NCBI GenBank assembly: GCA_016281775.1
Contig: JAEEJH010000127.1
Span: 1-56,732, forward strand
Source: Clostridiales bacterium
GTDB taxonomy: Bacteria; Bacillota; Clostridia; Oscillospirales; CAG-272
Direction of reading: 5' to 3'
Length of the DNA: 56,732 nt
Part shown: piece by piece, positions 30,483-39,071 of the stretch
Numbering within the stretch: position 1 is the stretch's first letter
Layout of the letters: every line of letters starts with the position of its first letter
Notes under the pieces: generated by a model
The model's database searches: none
What the model was told of the DNA's origin: nothing
Seen by the model: the letters and a program-made list of their open reading frames with translations, nothing else
Made by a program: the position numbers and the translations under genes

Positions 30483-31763
30483 ATGATCGACATCAAATTT
30501 TTAAGAGAAAACCCTGATACCGTAAAACAGAACATAAAAAACAAGTTTCAGTTTGAAAAGCTCCCTCTCGTGGACGAGGTCATAGAGCTCGACAGAAAGA
30601 ACAGATCTTATATCGCCGAGGGCGACAGGCTCCGCGCCGACAGAAACAGACTGTCGAAGCAGATAGGCGCTCTTATGGGACAGGGCAAACGCGAAGAAGC
30701 CGAAGCCGTCAAAGCGCAGGTCACCGCCAACGCCGAGAGGCTCGCGGAGCTTGAAACGCTCGAAGCCGAATGCGCCGAGCAGATCCGCGCGATAATGATG
30801 AAGATACCGAACATAATCGATCCGAGCGTGCCGATAGGCAAAGACGATTCCGAAAACGTCGAGATCGAAAGATTCGGCGAACCGAAGACGCCCGATTTCG
30901 ATATACCGTATCATACCGACATTCTCGAATCTCTTCACGGCATAGATCTCGACAGCGCGAGGCGCGTCGCCGGCAACGGATTTTACTACCTTACCGGAGA
31001 TATCGCAAGACTGCATTCAGCCGTTATAACGTATGCGCGCGACTTTATGATCGACCGCGGCTTCACTTACTGCGTGCCGCCTTTCATGATAAGATCGAAC
31101 GTAGTCACCGGCGTAATGAGCTTTGCCGAGATGGACGCGATGATGTATAAGATCGAAGGCGAAGACCTGTATCTTATCGGCACGAGCGAACATTCGATGA
31201 TAGGCAGATATATAGACCAGATGCTGCCCGAGGCTCAGCTTCCGCTGACGCTGACGAGCTATTCTCCGTGCTTCAGAAAAGAAAAAGGCGCGCACGGCAT
31301 AGAAGAACGCGGTATTTACAGGATACATCAGTTTGAAAAACAGGAAATGATCGTAATCTGCAAGCCCGAGGAAAGCCCGATGTGGTTCGACAGACTCTGG
31401 AAGAACACGGTCGACCTGTTCAGAACGCTCGACATTCCTGTAAGAACACTCGAATGCTGCTCCGGCGATTTAGCCGACCTCAAGGTCAAGAGCCTCGACG
31501 TCGAGGCGTGGTCGCCGCGTCAGCAGAAGTATTTCGAGGTCGGCTCATGCTCGAACCTCGGCGACGCCCAGGCGAGAAGACTCAGGATCAGAATAAAGGG
31601 CGAAAACGGCACTTATCTGCCGCATACGTTAAACAATACCGTCGTCGCTCCGCCGAGAATGCTCATAGCGTTCATCGAAAACAACCTCAACGAAGACGGC
31701 TCGGTCAATATACCGGCTGTCCTTCAGCCGTATATGGGCGGAAAGACGAAGATAGTTAAATAA
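30483..31763 (+). CDS. serS: Serine-tRNA ligase
   Basis: MIDIKFLREN, IPNI, LIGTSEH, SPCFRKEKG, RIHQFEKQE, EVGSCSN, HTLNNT. Confidence 0.96.
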   Translation: MIDIKFLRENPDTVKQNIKNKFQFEKLPLVDEVIELDRKNRSYIAEGDRLRADRNRLSKQIGALMGQGKREEAEAVKAQVTANAERLAELETLEAECAEQIRAIMMKIPNIIDPSVPIGKDDSENVEIERFGEPKTPDFDIPYHTDILESLHGIDLDSARRVAGNGFYYLTGDIARLHSAVITYARDFMIDRGFTYCVPPFMIRSNVVTGVMSFAEMDAMMYKIEGEDLYLIGTSEHSMIGRYIDQMLPEAQLPLTLTSYSPCFRKEKGAHGIEERGIYRIHQFEKQEMIVICKPEESPMWFDRLWKNTVDLFRTLDIPVRTLECCSGDLADLKVKSLDVEAWSPRQQKYFEVGSCSNLGDAQARRLRIRIKGENGTYLPHTLNNTVVAPPRMLIAFIENNLNEDGSVNIPAVLQPYMGGKTKIVK

Positions 31764-31770
31764 TATAAAG

Positions 31771-31841
31771 CGGCGGGAGCAAGCCCCCGCCGGATGATAT
31801 ACCAACTGATATCAAACGGCGGGAGCAAGCCCCCGCCCTAC
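31771..31841. repeat. Direct doublet of a 21-bp REP-like imperfect palindrome (GTAG type)
   Basis: CGGCGGGAGCAAGCCCCCGCC at 31771-31791 and 31817-31837; the second copy reads GTAG-GGCGGGGGCTTGCTCCCGCC on the minus strand. Confidence 0.75.
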
Positions 31842-31940
31842 TGTATTGAATGGTTCGAAAAAATTTCATTACTGCTGTAAGATTTCACGAAATCAAGCGA
31901 ATATATAACTGAAGACAGATCAACCGGCGGTGTAAATGAA

Positions 31941-32489
31941 ATGAAAGACGAAAAACTCGTAAAACTGATATTATCAGACCCCGACAGGGGCATGCGTATC
32001 CTGACCGACGAATATGCAGGCCTGATATTCGCCGTAATACGCAAATATTTATCGTCTTCTCTTTTCTCTTACGCCGACGTCGAGGACTGCGCCGCGGAAA
32101 CGCTTTCCGACGCATATTTCGGATTAAAGAACTTCGACGCATCGAAAAGCAGTCTCAAAACGTGGCTATGCACGGTCGCGGAGCGCAGAGCGAAAGACGC
32201 GCTGCGAAGGTATTACAGATCGTCGGGCACGGTACCGCTCGACGAAGCAGTAAACGTCGGCGACGTCAGCGTTGAAGACGAGGCGGCGAGCAAAGCCGAA
32301 AAGGAAGCGCTCGTCAAAGCTCTCGGGAAGCTGACCCGGACCGAACGTGAGATCGTAGTGAGAAAATTTTACCTCTCACAGTCTTCAAAACAGATCGCAG
32401 AAGAGATGCGTTTATCGGTATCGAACGTAGATACGAAAACGCACCGGGCGATAGAAAAACTTCGCAGATTTCTGGAGGATATGCAGTAA
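31941..32489 (+). CDS. ECF RNA polymerase sigma factor
   Basis: DVEDCAAET..FDASKSSLKTWLCTVAERRAKD (region 2); LTRTEREIVVRKFY..IAEEM..VDTKTHRA (region 4). Confidence 0.92.
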   Translation: MKDEKLVKLILSDPDRGMRILTDEYAGLIFAVIRKYLSSSLFSYADVEDCAAETLSDAYFGLKNFDASKSSLKTWLCTVAERRAKDALRRYYRSSGTVPLDEAVNVGDVSVEDEAASKAEKEALVKALGKLTRTEREIVVRKFYLSQSSKQIAEEMRLSVSNVDTKTHRAIEKLRRFLEDMQ

Positions 32490-34027
32490 TGAAAAAAGAC
32501 GTAACCGAAATACTGTATTCGCTTGAAGCGGAAGATCTCGGTCCTCTGCTCGATAAAAAATACGGAAAAGATTTAAATAATCAGAACAAGGCCGCGCTTT
32601 ATGAAAAAGCCGCGCTCAAAACCGGCGCCGAAACAAAGACAAGACGAAAGCCGCGGCTGATCGCGGCCGTGATCGCCGCCGTGTTCGTCATTTCTCTCGC
32701 GTTCGGGATATACGCTTACGCGCTCGATGTGAAAGAGTATAACGAAGCCGTTTCATACTTCTCATCGATCGATTACCCGACCGAGGGCATGTCACGCGGC
32801 GAAATAAAAAGACTGTACCGTACGATAATCACAGCGCCGGCGGATCTGTCTGACAAAGGCGAAAAAGACGCGTACGCAGTGATAACCGGTATCGACATAA
32901 ACAGCATATCGGTACAGTCGGACGAAAACACGGGAACATGGTACGAACTGTCGACCGTCGATAAATACGGCAAGCCGTGCCTGCAGTATCTGATAAAACA
33001 CGACGGCGAAGACGCCGTGTGGACGTTCGGCGGCGACGGGATCTCGGTAAACAATTACTGCCCTGCAGACGGCGGCGTTATCGTCTGCGGCGGTGTAACA
33101 AAAGACACTCCGAAAAAAAACCGCTCATATCAGTTCTTCGCGCTGCTCGACGATAACGGTCAGACCGTGTGGCAGACAGTCGACGAACCGGAGTCTGAAG
33201 CTTCCTATTATTCCGCATACGCGGTCGCGATGTTGAAACGCGAAGACGGTACTTTTCTCGCGCTCGGTGACTTTGTGACCGGAGAAGGAGAAAATATAAC
33301 TTCAGTCTTTACTCTGACCGGTATTGCTTCTGACGGTTCTGTCATCTCCCGAAAAGAGATACCGACAAACGATATGTTCGAAGGCGTACGTTTCGCGTTC
33401 GCAGGCGACTCCATGCCCTTCGGCGGCGGTTTCATTTCGCATCTTACCGCCGGTATAGATATCGGCTACGTAATGATAAGCGCGGACGGTACGTTAAGCG
33501 ACGTATTCGCATTTGCCGAAGACGGATATGATTACGAGATCGTCGATATGATCGCGCATGAGGGAAAACTGTATCTGTCGGTCGACGCCGTAAGAGAGCT
33601 TCAGGGGAGCAACAAGCCGTCAAACTACGATTCTCGGCGCGTGTTTTTACTGTCTACTCTGCTGAAAAAGCTCATAAGCCCGTCAAGTGCATTGTATCAC
33701 TCGTATTTCTGCACAGATATTTTAAAAGAAAACTGCGACGCTCTGCTCATAGTCTGCGATCCCGATTCGGATATGCCTTACACCTATTATAAAGAAAGCG
33801 GCGCGATGGCCGACGTGCTCGGCAGGGATGAAGAAGGCAGACTGATCTGGAAGACAAAGAGCATAGATTACGGGGTAACGTATTACAAAAGATACGATTC
33901 CAACCCGTCGGGCAAGATGCTTCAGGTCTACGGCGGATATACGGAATACAAATATACATTTGACAAAGACGGCAGATCTGCCGTTAAAGTGAACCTCGGC
34001 ACGCATACGGGCGGATATAAATACTGA
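32489..34027 (+). CDS. Putative anti-sigma factor with a large extracellular domain
   Basis: Coupled to the ECF gene (TAATG); short cytoplasmic N-terminus, single TM (LIAAVIAAVFVISLAFGIYA), beta-rich C-terminus. Confidence 0.7.
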   Translation: MKKDVTEILYSLEAEDLGPLLDKKYGKDLNNQNKAALYEKAALKTGAETKTRRKPRLIAAVIAAVFVISLAFGIYAYALDVKEYNEAVSYFSSIDYPTEGMSRGEIKRLYRTIITAPADLSDKGEKDAYAVITGIDINSISVQSDENTGTWYELSTVDKYGKPCLQYLIKHDGEDAVWTFGGDGISVNNYCPADGGVIVCGGVTKDTPKKNRSYQFFALLDDNGQTVWQTVDEPESEASYYSAYAVAMLKREDGTFLALGDFVTGEGENITSVFTLTGIASDGSVISRKEIPTNDMFEGVRFAFAGDSMPFGGGFISHLTAGIDIGYVMISADGTLSDVFAFAEDGYDYEIVDMIAHEGKLYLSVDAVRELQGSNKPSNYDSRRVFLLSTLLKKLISPSSALYHSYFCTDILKENCDALLIVCDPDSDMPYTYYKESGAMADVLGRDEEGRLIWKTKSIDYGVTYYKRYDSNPSGKMLQVYGGYTEYKYTFDKDGRSAVKVNLGTHTGGYKY

Positions 34028-34039
34028 CCTGTATTAAAT

Positions 34040-34080
34040 ACGGCGCGGCGTGTCGGGACGATATGCCGCGCCGTTTTTTT
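34040..34080 (+). terminator. Intrinsic terminator
   Basis: 16-bp stem 34040-34055/34059-34074 with two G-U pairs, followed by a T run. Confidence 0.8.
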
Positions 34081-34090
34081 GAGGTCGGAT

Positions 34091-35233
34091 ATGAAAAAAC
34101 TGATTATCGTCGTAATAATAACCTGCGCGGCGCTTCTGCGTTCGTGCCTCGGTTTGATCAACAGACCGGCACAGACCGAAACGGAGACGCACACGGAGAC
34201 GTTTTACACGCCGGAGCGGGCGGTCGACGTGCCGCTTTACGGCGATTACCGCTACGCTTACGAAACGCTTGATGAAAGTCAAAAGCCGCTTTACGATAAG
34301 ATCAGAGACGGTGCGCTCACATTCAAACAGTACGTCGAGATCGACGACGCGCTTGATGCGTCTTACGTCTATCAGGCGGTGTTTTTCGATCACCCCGAGC
34401 TGTTTTTCATAACCGAAAAACCGAAAATACTGGAAGGCAGACTGTATTACAGATACGTTTTCACGTCCGACCGGATCGAGCAGGCCTTCGCCGATCTTGA
34501 TCAGGCGTTTAACAAATTCGTTATAGAAAACATAACTGACGGCATGAGCGAGTTTGAAAAGTTCTTTACCGTCTACACTTATATCGTAAATATAACGAAA
34601 TACGCCGACGAAGAATACGATCTGTATGAAAAAGGCGCGTTCACGTATGAGGTTTACCGCAAAATGAGCGCGGCAGGTCCTCTGTGCGACGGCAGATCGA
34701 TCTGCACCGGCTACGCGAGAGCGACGCAGTATCTGTGTCAGCGGCTCGGTATAAAGTGCTTTACCGTAAACGGCTACGGCAACGAGGGCGACCATTATTT
34801 CAATATAGTAAATCTCGGCGGCGACTGGTATTATTCCGATACGACCTGGGGCGATCCCGTCGGTTCGGACCGGAGCATAGATTATCTCACCTATTACTAT
34901 TTCTGTACGACGACGGAAGAAACGCTGCGCACGAGAGAGGTCCGCTCAGTCATACCGATGCCCGAATGCACCGCGACAAAGTATAATTATTACGTCTATT
35001 TCGACCTGTACGCCGAAAATCTTGAAGAAGCCGACGCGAAGCTTTTGCGCGAATATCAAAAAGGTCTGCGCGATCTGTCGGTAAAGGTCCCTTACGGATC
35101 GGCCGGCGAATCGATATACGAAGCTCTGAAGGCAGGTTCGCTCTACTCCTTTGCTGACGACAACGGCGTCGGGATCGATTCTTACCGCATAGCGTACGGC
35201 AAAGACACGCAGATCATCATAATAAGGTTCTGA
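34091..35233 (+). CDS. Exported transglutaminase-like domain protein
   Basis: Start revised to 34091 (RBS GAGG); ICTGYARA, HYFN, YYSDTTWGD give a Cys-His-Asp triad; N-terminal hydrophobic leader. Confidence 0.82.
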   Translation: MKKLIIVVIITCAALLRSCLGLINRPAQTETETHTETFYTPERAVDVPLYGDYRYAYETLDESQKPLYDKIRDGALTFKQYVEIDDALDASYVYQAVFFDHPELFFITEKPKILEGRLYYRYVFTSDRIEQAFADLDQAFNKFVIENITDGMSEFEKFFTVYTYIVNITKYADEEYDLYEKGAFTYEVYRKMSAAGPLCDGRSICTGYARATQYLCQRLGIKCFTVNGYGNEGDHYFNIVNLGGDWYYSDTTWGDPVGSDRSIDYLTYYYFCTTTEETLRTREVRSVIPMPECTATKYNYYVYFDLYAENLEEADAKLLREYQKGLRDLSVKVPYGSAGESIYEALKAGSLYSFADDNGVGIDSYRIAYGKDTQIIIIRF

Positions 35234-35234
35234 T

Positions 35235-36461
35235 ATGAAGCTCGGTTATTCTCACACAAGAGCCGCGGCATACGCGGGCATAGTGGCGCAGTCGCTTTAT
35301 CTCGGGCTTATACCGGTGCTGTTCGCCGCGTTCAAAAACGAATTCGGGCTCACTTACGAACAGCTCGGAAGGATACCTCTGATCAACTTTACGCTCCAGA
35401 TAATACTCGATCTGTTAATGGTGAAATTCGGCGACAGGTTCAAACTCCGCGCGCTTGCGATAGTTTCAAATTCGCTCGGCGTTATCGGGCTCGTTCTGCT
35501 TTCGGTGCTGCCGCGCGTAATGACCGGCGCGCCTTACGCGGCGCTGATGATCTCGACCGCGTTTCTCGCGATCGGCTGCGGACTTATTGATTTAGCGATA
35601 AACCCCGTAATAAACGCGCTTCCGGCGGCTAAGCAGCGGGCGGAGCTGCCGCTTTTGCATTCGTTTTTCTGCTTCGGATCGGTATTCACTTTTCTTACGG
35701 CGACTCTGTTCGTACACTTCGCAGGGACCGAAAAGTGGTATCTTTTGCCGCTCGTAACGGCGTTGATACCGGCGCTCGATCTTATAGCTTTCATATTCGT
35801 GCCTATTATCGACAATAACCGAAGATCGGGTAAAGCCGGGGTAAAAAAGAAATTTATATCTGTTTTATTCATTCTTCTCATGCTTATGATGATCTGCGCG
35901 GGGTCTGCCGAACAGGCGGTCTCGTCGTGGATATCGCTTTTCGCTGAGCTCGGTCTGTCTATGCCGAAGCTGTGGGGCGACATTATCGGCTTATGCGGTT
36001 TTTCGCTCTGTATGGCGATCGGGCGTATGCTCTACGGGCTTTTCGGCGCGAAACTCGACATGAGAAAAACTCTGCTCTTCTCTGCTTTGTGTTGTGTTGT
36101 ATCGTATCTCGGCATTACGCTTATACCGAACAATACCGTTTCGCTCGTATTCTGTGCGTTGACCGGCTTTTCGGTCGCTGTGATGTGGCCGGGCGTACTG
36201 TCCATCGCATCGGATGAGATATCCGCCGACAGCGTGCCGATGTTCTCTATGCTCGCGGTGTGCGGGGATACCGGCTGCGCGGCGGGACCGTGGCTGATCG
36301 GTTTGATCTCCGACGCGGTCGACTCCGGCTCGATAACGTCCCCTCTCACGTATACCGGCGCGGAGGTCGCAACAAGGACCGGCATACTTGCCGCGATAGC
36401 CTTCCCCGCCGCCATGGTACTGTTCTGCGTACTGATCTTAAGAAAAAAGAAAAGCAAATAA
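35235..36461 (+). CDS. MFS transporter
   Basis: About 12 hydrophobic segments; LHSFFCFG, GSAEQAVSSW, IGRMLYG, DTGCAAGP. Confidence 0.88.
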   Translation: MKLGYSHTRAAAYAGIVAQSLYLGLIPVLFAAFKNEFGLTYEQLGRIPLINFTLQIILDLLMVKFGDRFKLRALAIVSNSLGVIGLVLLSVLPRVMTGAPYAALMISTAFLAIGCGLIDLAINPVINALPAAKQRAELPLLHSFFCFGSVFTFLTATLFVHFAGTEKWYLLPLVTALIPALDLIAFIFVPIIDNNRRSGKAGVKKKFISVLFILLMLMMICAGSAEQAVSSWISLFAELGLSMPKLWGDIIGLCGFSLCMAIGRMLYGLFGAKLDMRKTLLFSALCCVVSYLGITLIPNNTVSLVFCALTGFSVAVMWPGVLSIASDEISADSVPMFSMLAVCGDTGCAAGPWLIGLISDAVDSGSITSPLTYTGAEVATRTGILAAIAFPAAMVLFCVLILRKKKSK

Positions 36462-36465
36462 AACG

Positions 36466-36498
36466 CGCCCGGAGCCGATAACGGCTTCGGGCGTTTTT
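36466..36498 (+). terminator. Intrinsic terminator after the MFS gene
   Basis: CGCCCGGAGCCG/CGGCTTCGGGCG stem followed by T5. Confidence 0.85.
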
Positions 36499-36580
36499 AT
36501 CTGCAGTTACGCACTTTCTTTTTGAGGCAGTAAACTTATATAGATTTCGCCGCAGCCGGAATTATAACTTTAAACTGTCA

Positions 36581-36645
36581 GTTATGATTGCCTTCGGCAA
36601 GTTATGATCGGCTTCGCCGAGTTATGAGCGCTTCACACGTTATGG
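36581..36645. repeat. Tandem 18-20 nt units, GTTATGA plus mini-hairpin
   Basis: GTTATGA-TTGCC-TTC-GGCAA, GTTATGA-TCGGC-TTC-GCCGA, GTTATGA-GCGC-TTC-ACAC, GTTATGG. Confidence 0.8.
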
Positions 36646-36740
36646 ACCGCTGTGCTTCCTTAATTGCATTTCCCCGTTGTGCCGCGACCCCGACGGAATA
36701 TCGCGACCGGACCGAACCCGAGCGCTTTCCGTTCGCTTTT

Positions 36741-36937
36741 GGGGTTCCCCGCCCCCTTACGGGAACCCCCACCGCTCTCAAGTTCGCGGCGGGGAACCCC
36801 TTTACCACCCCAAACCCCGCCTTTTTTCCCCCCCCGATATCCTCGGGGCTTTTTCCGCCCGCCGCCGCACCCCCTCGATATAATCGAGGGCAGGGGGGAG
36901 GAAAGGGGTTTGGGGAACAGGAGGGCGGGGGTTCCCC
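36741..36937. other. G/C-homopolymer-rich nested inverted-repeat element (candidate structured RNA/ssDNA or non-autonomous repeat element)
   Basis: 36791-36800 pairs with 36928-36937; 36808-36818 pairs with 36905-36915; internal hairpins 36832-36848 and 36872-36890; alternative 13-bp pairing 36741-36753/36788-36800. Confidence 0.6.
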
Positions 36938-37036
36938 AAGGTAATTTAATGTCGCCTGTGGCGACTCCTCAGTTTTCAACTGTCAACCGATTCTTGATTA
37001 AAAAACACGCCCGATCGCAGATCAAGGCGTGTTTCT

Positions 37037-37065
37037 GTATATTTCTTATACTCCGCGGCGATAAT
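37037..37065 (+). promoter_or_regulatory. sigmaF-type (forespore) promoter
   Basis: GTATA, 15 nt spacer, GGCGATAAT; fits the B. subtilis sigmaF consensus GYATA-N15-GGnnAnAnT. Confidence 0.6.
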
Positions 37066-37091
37066 GATGAAAAACGAAAGGAGTTTTTATC

Positions 37092-37286
37092 ATGGCGCTT
37101 TTTGAAGACGAGAGAACGCCGAGAAACGGCAGACACATCAAAGGAGTATCGTGCGACGTGAAAAACTGCATTTATCACACCGAATACGATCAGTGCACCG
37201 CCGACAGAATAGCCGTCGGCCCGTCGTACGCGAGCTCATGCTCCGATACGGTATGCGCGACGTTTACGCCTAAGAGTACCGTCTGA
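37092..37286 (+). CDS. DUF1540-family small Cys-rich protein
   Basis: VSCDVKNCIYH..CTADRIAV..TVCATF; RBS AAAGGAG. Confidence 0.85.
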   Translation: MALFEDERTPRNGRHIKGVSCDVKNCIYHTEYDQCTADRIAVGPSYASSCSDTVCATFTPKSTV

Positions 37287-38645
37287 TCAGTTTTTCAGCG
37301 AGTGTATCGGCGCGGGGATCCTGCCGCCGCGGGCAATGAACTTTGCCGGGGACAGAGTGCTTATCTTCATAACGGGCGCTTCGCCGAGAAGGCCGCCGAA
37401 GGTAACGCTGTCGCCGGCTTTTTTGCCGTACGCTGGTATGACGCGGACGGCGGTGGTCTTCGTATTCGCCACGCCTATGGATATCTCGTCGGCGATCAAG
37501 CCGCATATTACGGATTCATCCGTATCGCCCGGTATGGCGATCATATCGAGACCTACCGAGCATACGGCGGTCATCGCTTCGAGCTTTTCTATCGTGAGCG
37601 CGCCTTTGCTTACGGCTTCGATCATGCCGGCGTCTTCCGAGACCGGTATGAACGCGCCGGAGAGACCTCCGACGTGTGAAGACGCCATGACGCCGCCCTT
37701 CTTCACCGCGTCGTTCAACAGCGCCAAAGCGGCGGTCGTGCCGCAGGCTCCGCAGATTTCAAGTCCCATTCCCTCGAGTATCCTCGCGACCGAGTCGCCG
37801 ACGGCGGGCGTGGGGGCGAGAGAGAGGTCGACTATGCCGAACGGCACCCCGAGACGTTTAGACGCCTCGCGCGCGACGAGCTGACCCATACGCGTTATCT
37901 TGAACGACGTGCGCTTGATCACTTCGGCAAGTTCGGAAAAGTCGCAGTCGCCGGCTCTCGCTATCGCGGAAGCTACGACGCCGGGGCCGGAAACGCCGAC
38001 GTTTATCACGCATTCGGCTTCGCCGGTACCGTGAAAAGCACCCGCCATAAAGGGGTTGTCCTCCGGTACGTTTGCGAACACCACGAGTTTGGCGCAGCCG
38101 ATACAGTCTTTATCGCGCGTAAGATAAGCGGTCTTTTTTATTATTTTACCCATGAGGGCGACCGCGTCCATATCTATTCCGGCTTTGGTCGAGGCGACGT
38201 TTACCGACGAGCAGACCTTGCCCGTCGTCGCGAGCGCCTCGGGGATTGAATTTATGAGTCTCTCGTCTGCGCCGGTAAAGCCCTTCTGCACGAGGGCTCC
38301 GTAACCGCCTATGAAGTTTATGCCGAGCGCGTCGGCGGCGCGGTCGAGGGTTTCGGCTATTTTAACGTAATCCTCTTCCGAATAATACCCTCCGAGAAGA
38401 GATATCGGGGTAAGCGATACACGTTTGTTTATTATCGGTATACCGTATTCCTTCTCTATCTGCTCGACCGTCTGTACGAGTTTGCCGGCTTTGCCGGTTA
38501 TTTTACCGTATATCTTATCGCAGGCGGTCTTCGGAGAATCCGAAGCACAGTCAAGAAGCGAAATGCCCATAGTGACCGTGCGTATGTCAAGGTTCTCTTC
38601 CTTGACCATATTTATAGTTTCGAGAATATCTTTTGTGTTTATCAT
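37287..38645 (-). CDS. PFL family protein (UPF0210/DUF711)
   Basis: [56 protein letters not shown]. Confidence 0.92.
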   Translation of the reverse strand: MINTKDILETINMVKEENLDIRTVTMGISLLDCASDSPKTACDKIYGKITGKAGKLVQTVEQIEKEYGIPIINKRVSLTPISLLGGYYSEEDYVKIAETLDRAADALGINFIGGYGALVQKGFTGADERLINSIPEALATTGKVCSSVNVASTKAGIDMDAVALMGKIIKKTAYLTRDKDCIGCAKLVVFANVPEDNPFMAGAFHGTGEAECVINVGVSGPGVVASAIARAGDCDFSELAEVIKRTSFKITRMGQLVAREASKRLGVPFGIVDLSLAPTPAVGDSVARILEGMGLEICGACGTTAALALLNDAVKKGGVMASSHVGGLSGAFIPVSEDAGMIEAVSKGALTIEKLEAMTAVCSVGLDMIAIPGDTDESVICGLIADEISIGVANTKTTAVRVIPAYGKKAGDSVTFGGLLGEAPVMKISTLSPAKFIARGGRIPAPIHSLKN

Positions 38646-38648
38646 GGC

Positions 38649-38918
38649 TCAGATCCTGTGCATCGAATTGAACACGTCTTCATGCATGACTCTGCAGTCG
38701 AGCCCGCGCTCTTTGCCGAATCCGGCGAGCAGGTCGACAAATTCCGTGAACGGAATACTCAGCATATCGATATCCGCCACCATTATCATGGCGAAGTATT
38801 CTTTCATGACGCTTTGAGATATATCGACGATATTCGCGTTCTTTTCGGCGCAGATCGCGCTGACCTTTGCGATTATGCCGACGCTGTCGCGTCCGACGAC
38901 TGTTATAACGGCTTTCAT
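38649..38918 (-). CDS. ACT domain protein (UPF0237)
   Basis: AVITVVGRDSVGIIAKVS..NIVDISQ..FAMIM..HEDVFNSMHRI; typical partner of the UPF0210 gene. Confidence 0.92.
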   Translation of the reverse strand: MKAVITVVGRDSVGIIAKVSAICAEKNANIVDISQSVMKEYFAMIMVADIDMLSIPFTEFVDLLAGFGKERGLDCRVMHEDVFNSMHRI

Positions 38919-38949
38919 TTTTCATCCCCCGTTCGTGTTGTTACGGTAC

Positions 38950-38978
38950 ATTATATCATCATTAAATGAACATTTCAA
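38950..38978 (-). promoter_or_regulatory. sigmaA promoter for the ACT-PFL genes
   Basis: TTGAAA (38978-38973), 17 nt spacer, TATAAT (38955-38950). Confidence 0.7.
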
Positions 38979-39013
38979 GGCGCATAAAAAAATATATTAT
39001 TTTCGCAAAAATA

Positions 39014-39043
39014 ATTGAAAATTCGCTTTCAATATGTTATAAT
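39014..39043 (+). promoter_or_regulatory. sigmaA promoter with extended -10 and an overlapping palindrome
   Basis: TTGAAA 39015-39020, 17 nt spacer, TG-T-TATAAT 39035-39043; ATTGAAA-N6-TTTCAAT 39014-39033. Confidence 0.7.
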
Positions 39044-39071
39044 ATAAAAAATATCGGTTTTGGAGTTTAAA

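Noticed and set aside
36581-36645. Possible mini-CRISPR
   Set aside because: The constant part is only 7 nt and the variable part 11-13 nt and self-complementary; no cas genes in the window.
36893-36915. GAGGAAAG resembling the RNase P RNA signature
   Set aside because: Not followed by GTCC, and the matching 3' P4 strand was not found.
36588-37161. Pro/Gly-rich ORFs across the structured element
   Set aside because: Products of G/C homopolymer runs in several frames; no start context.
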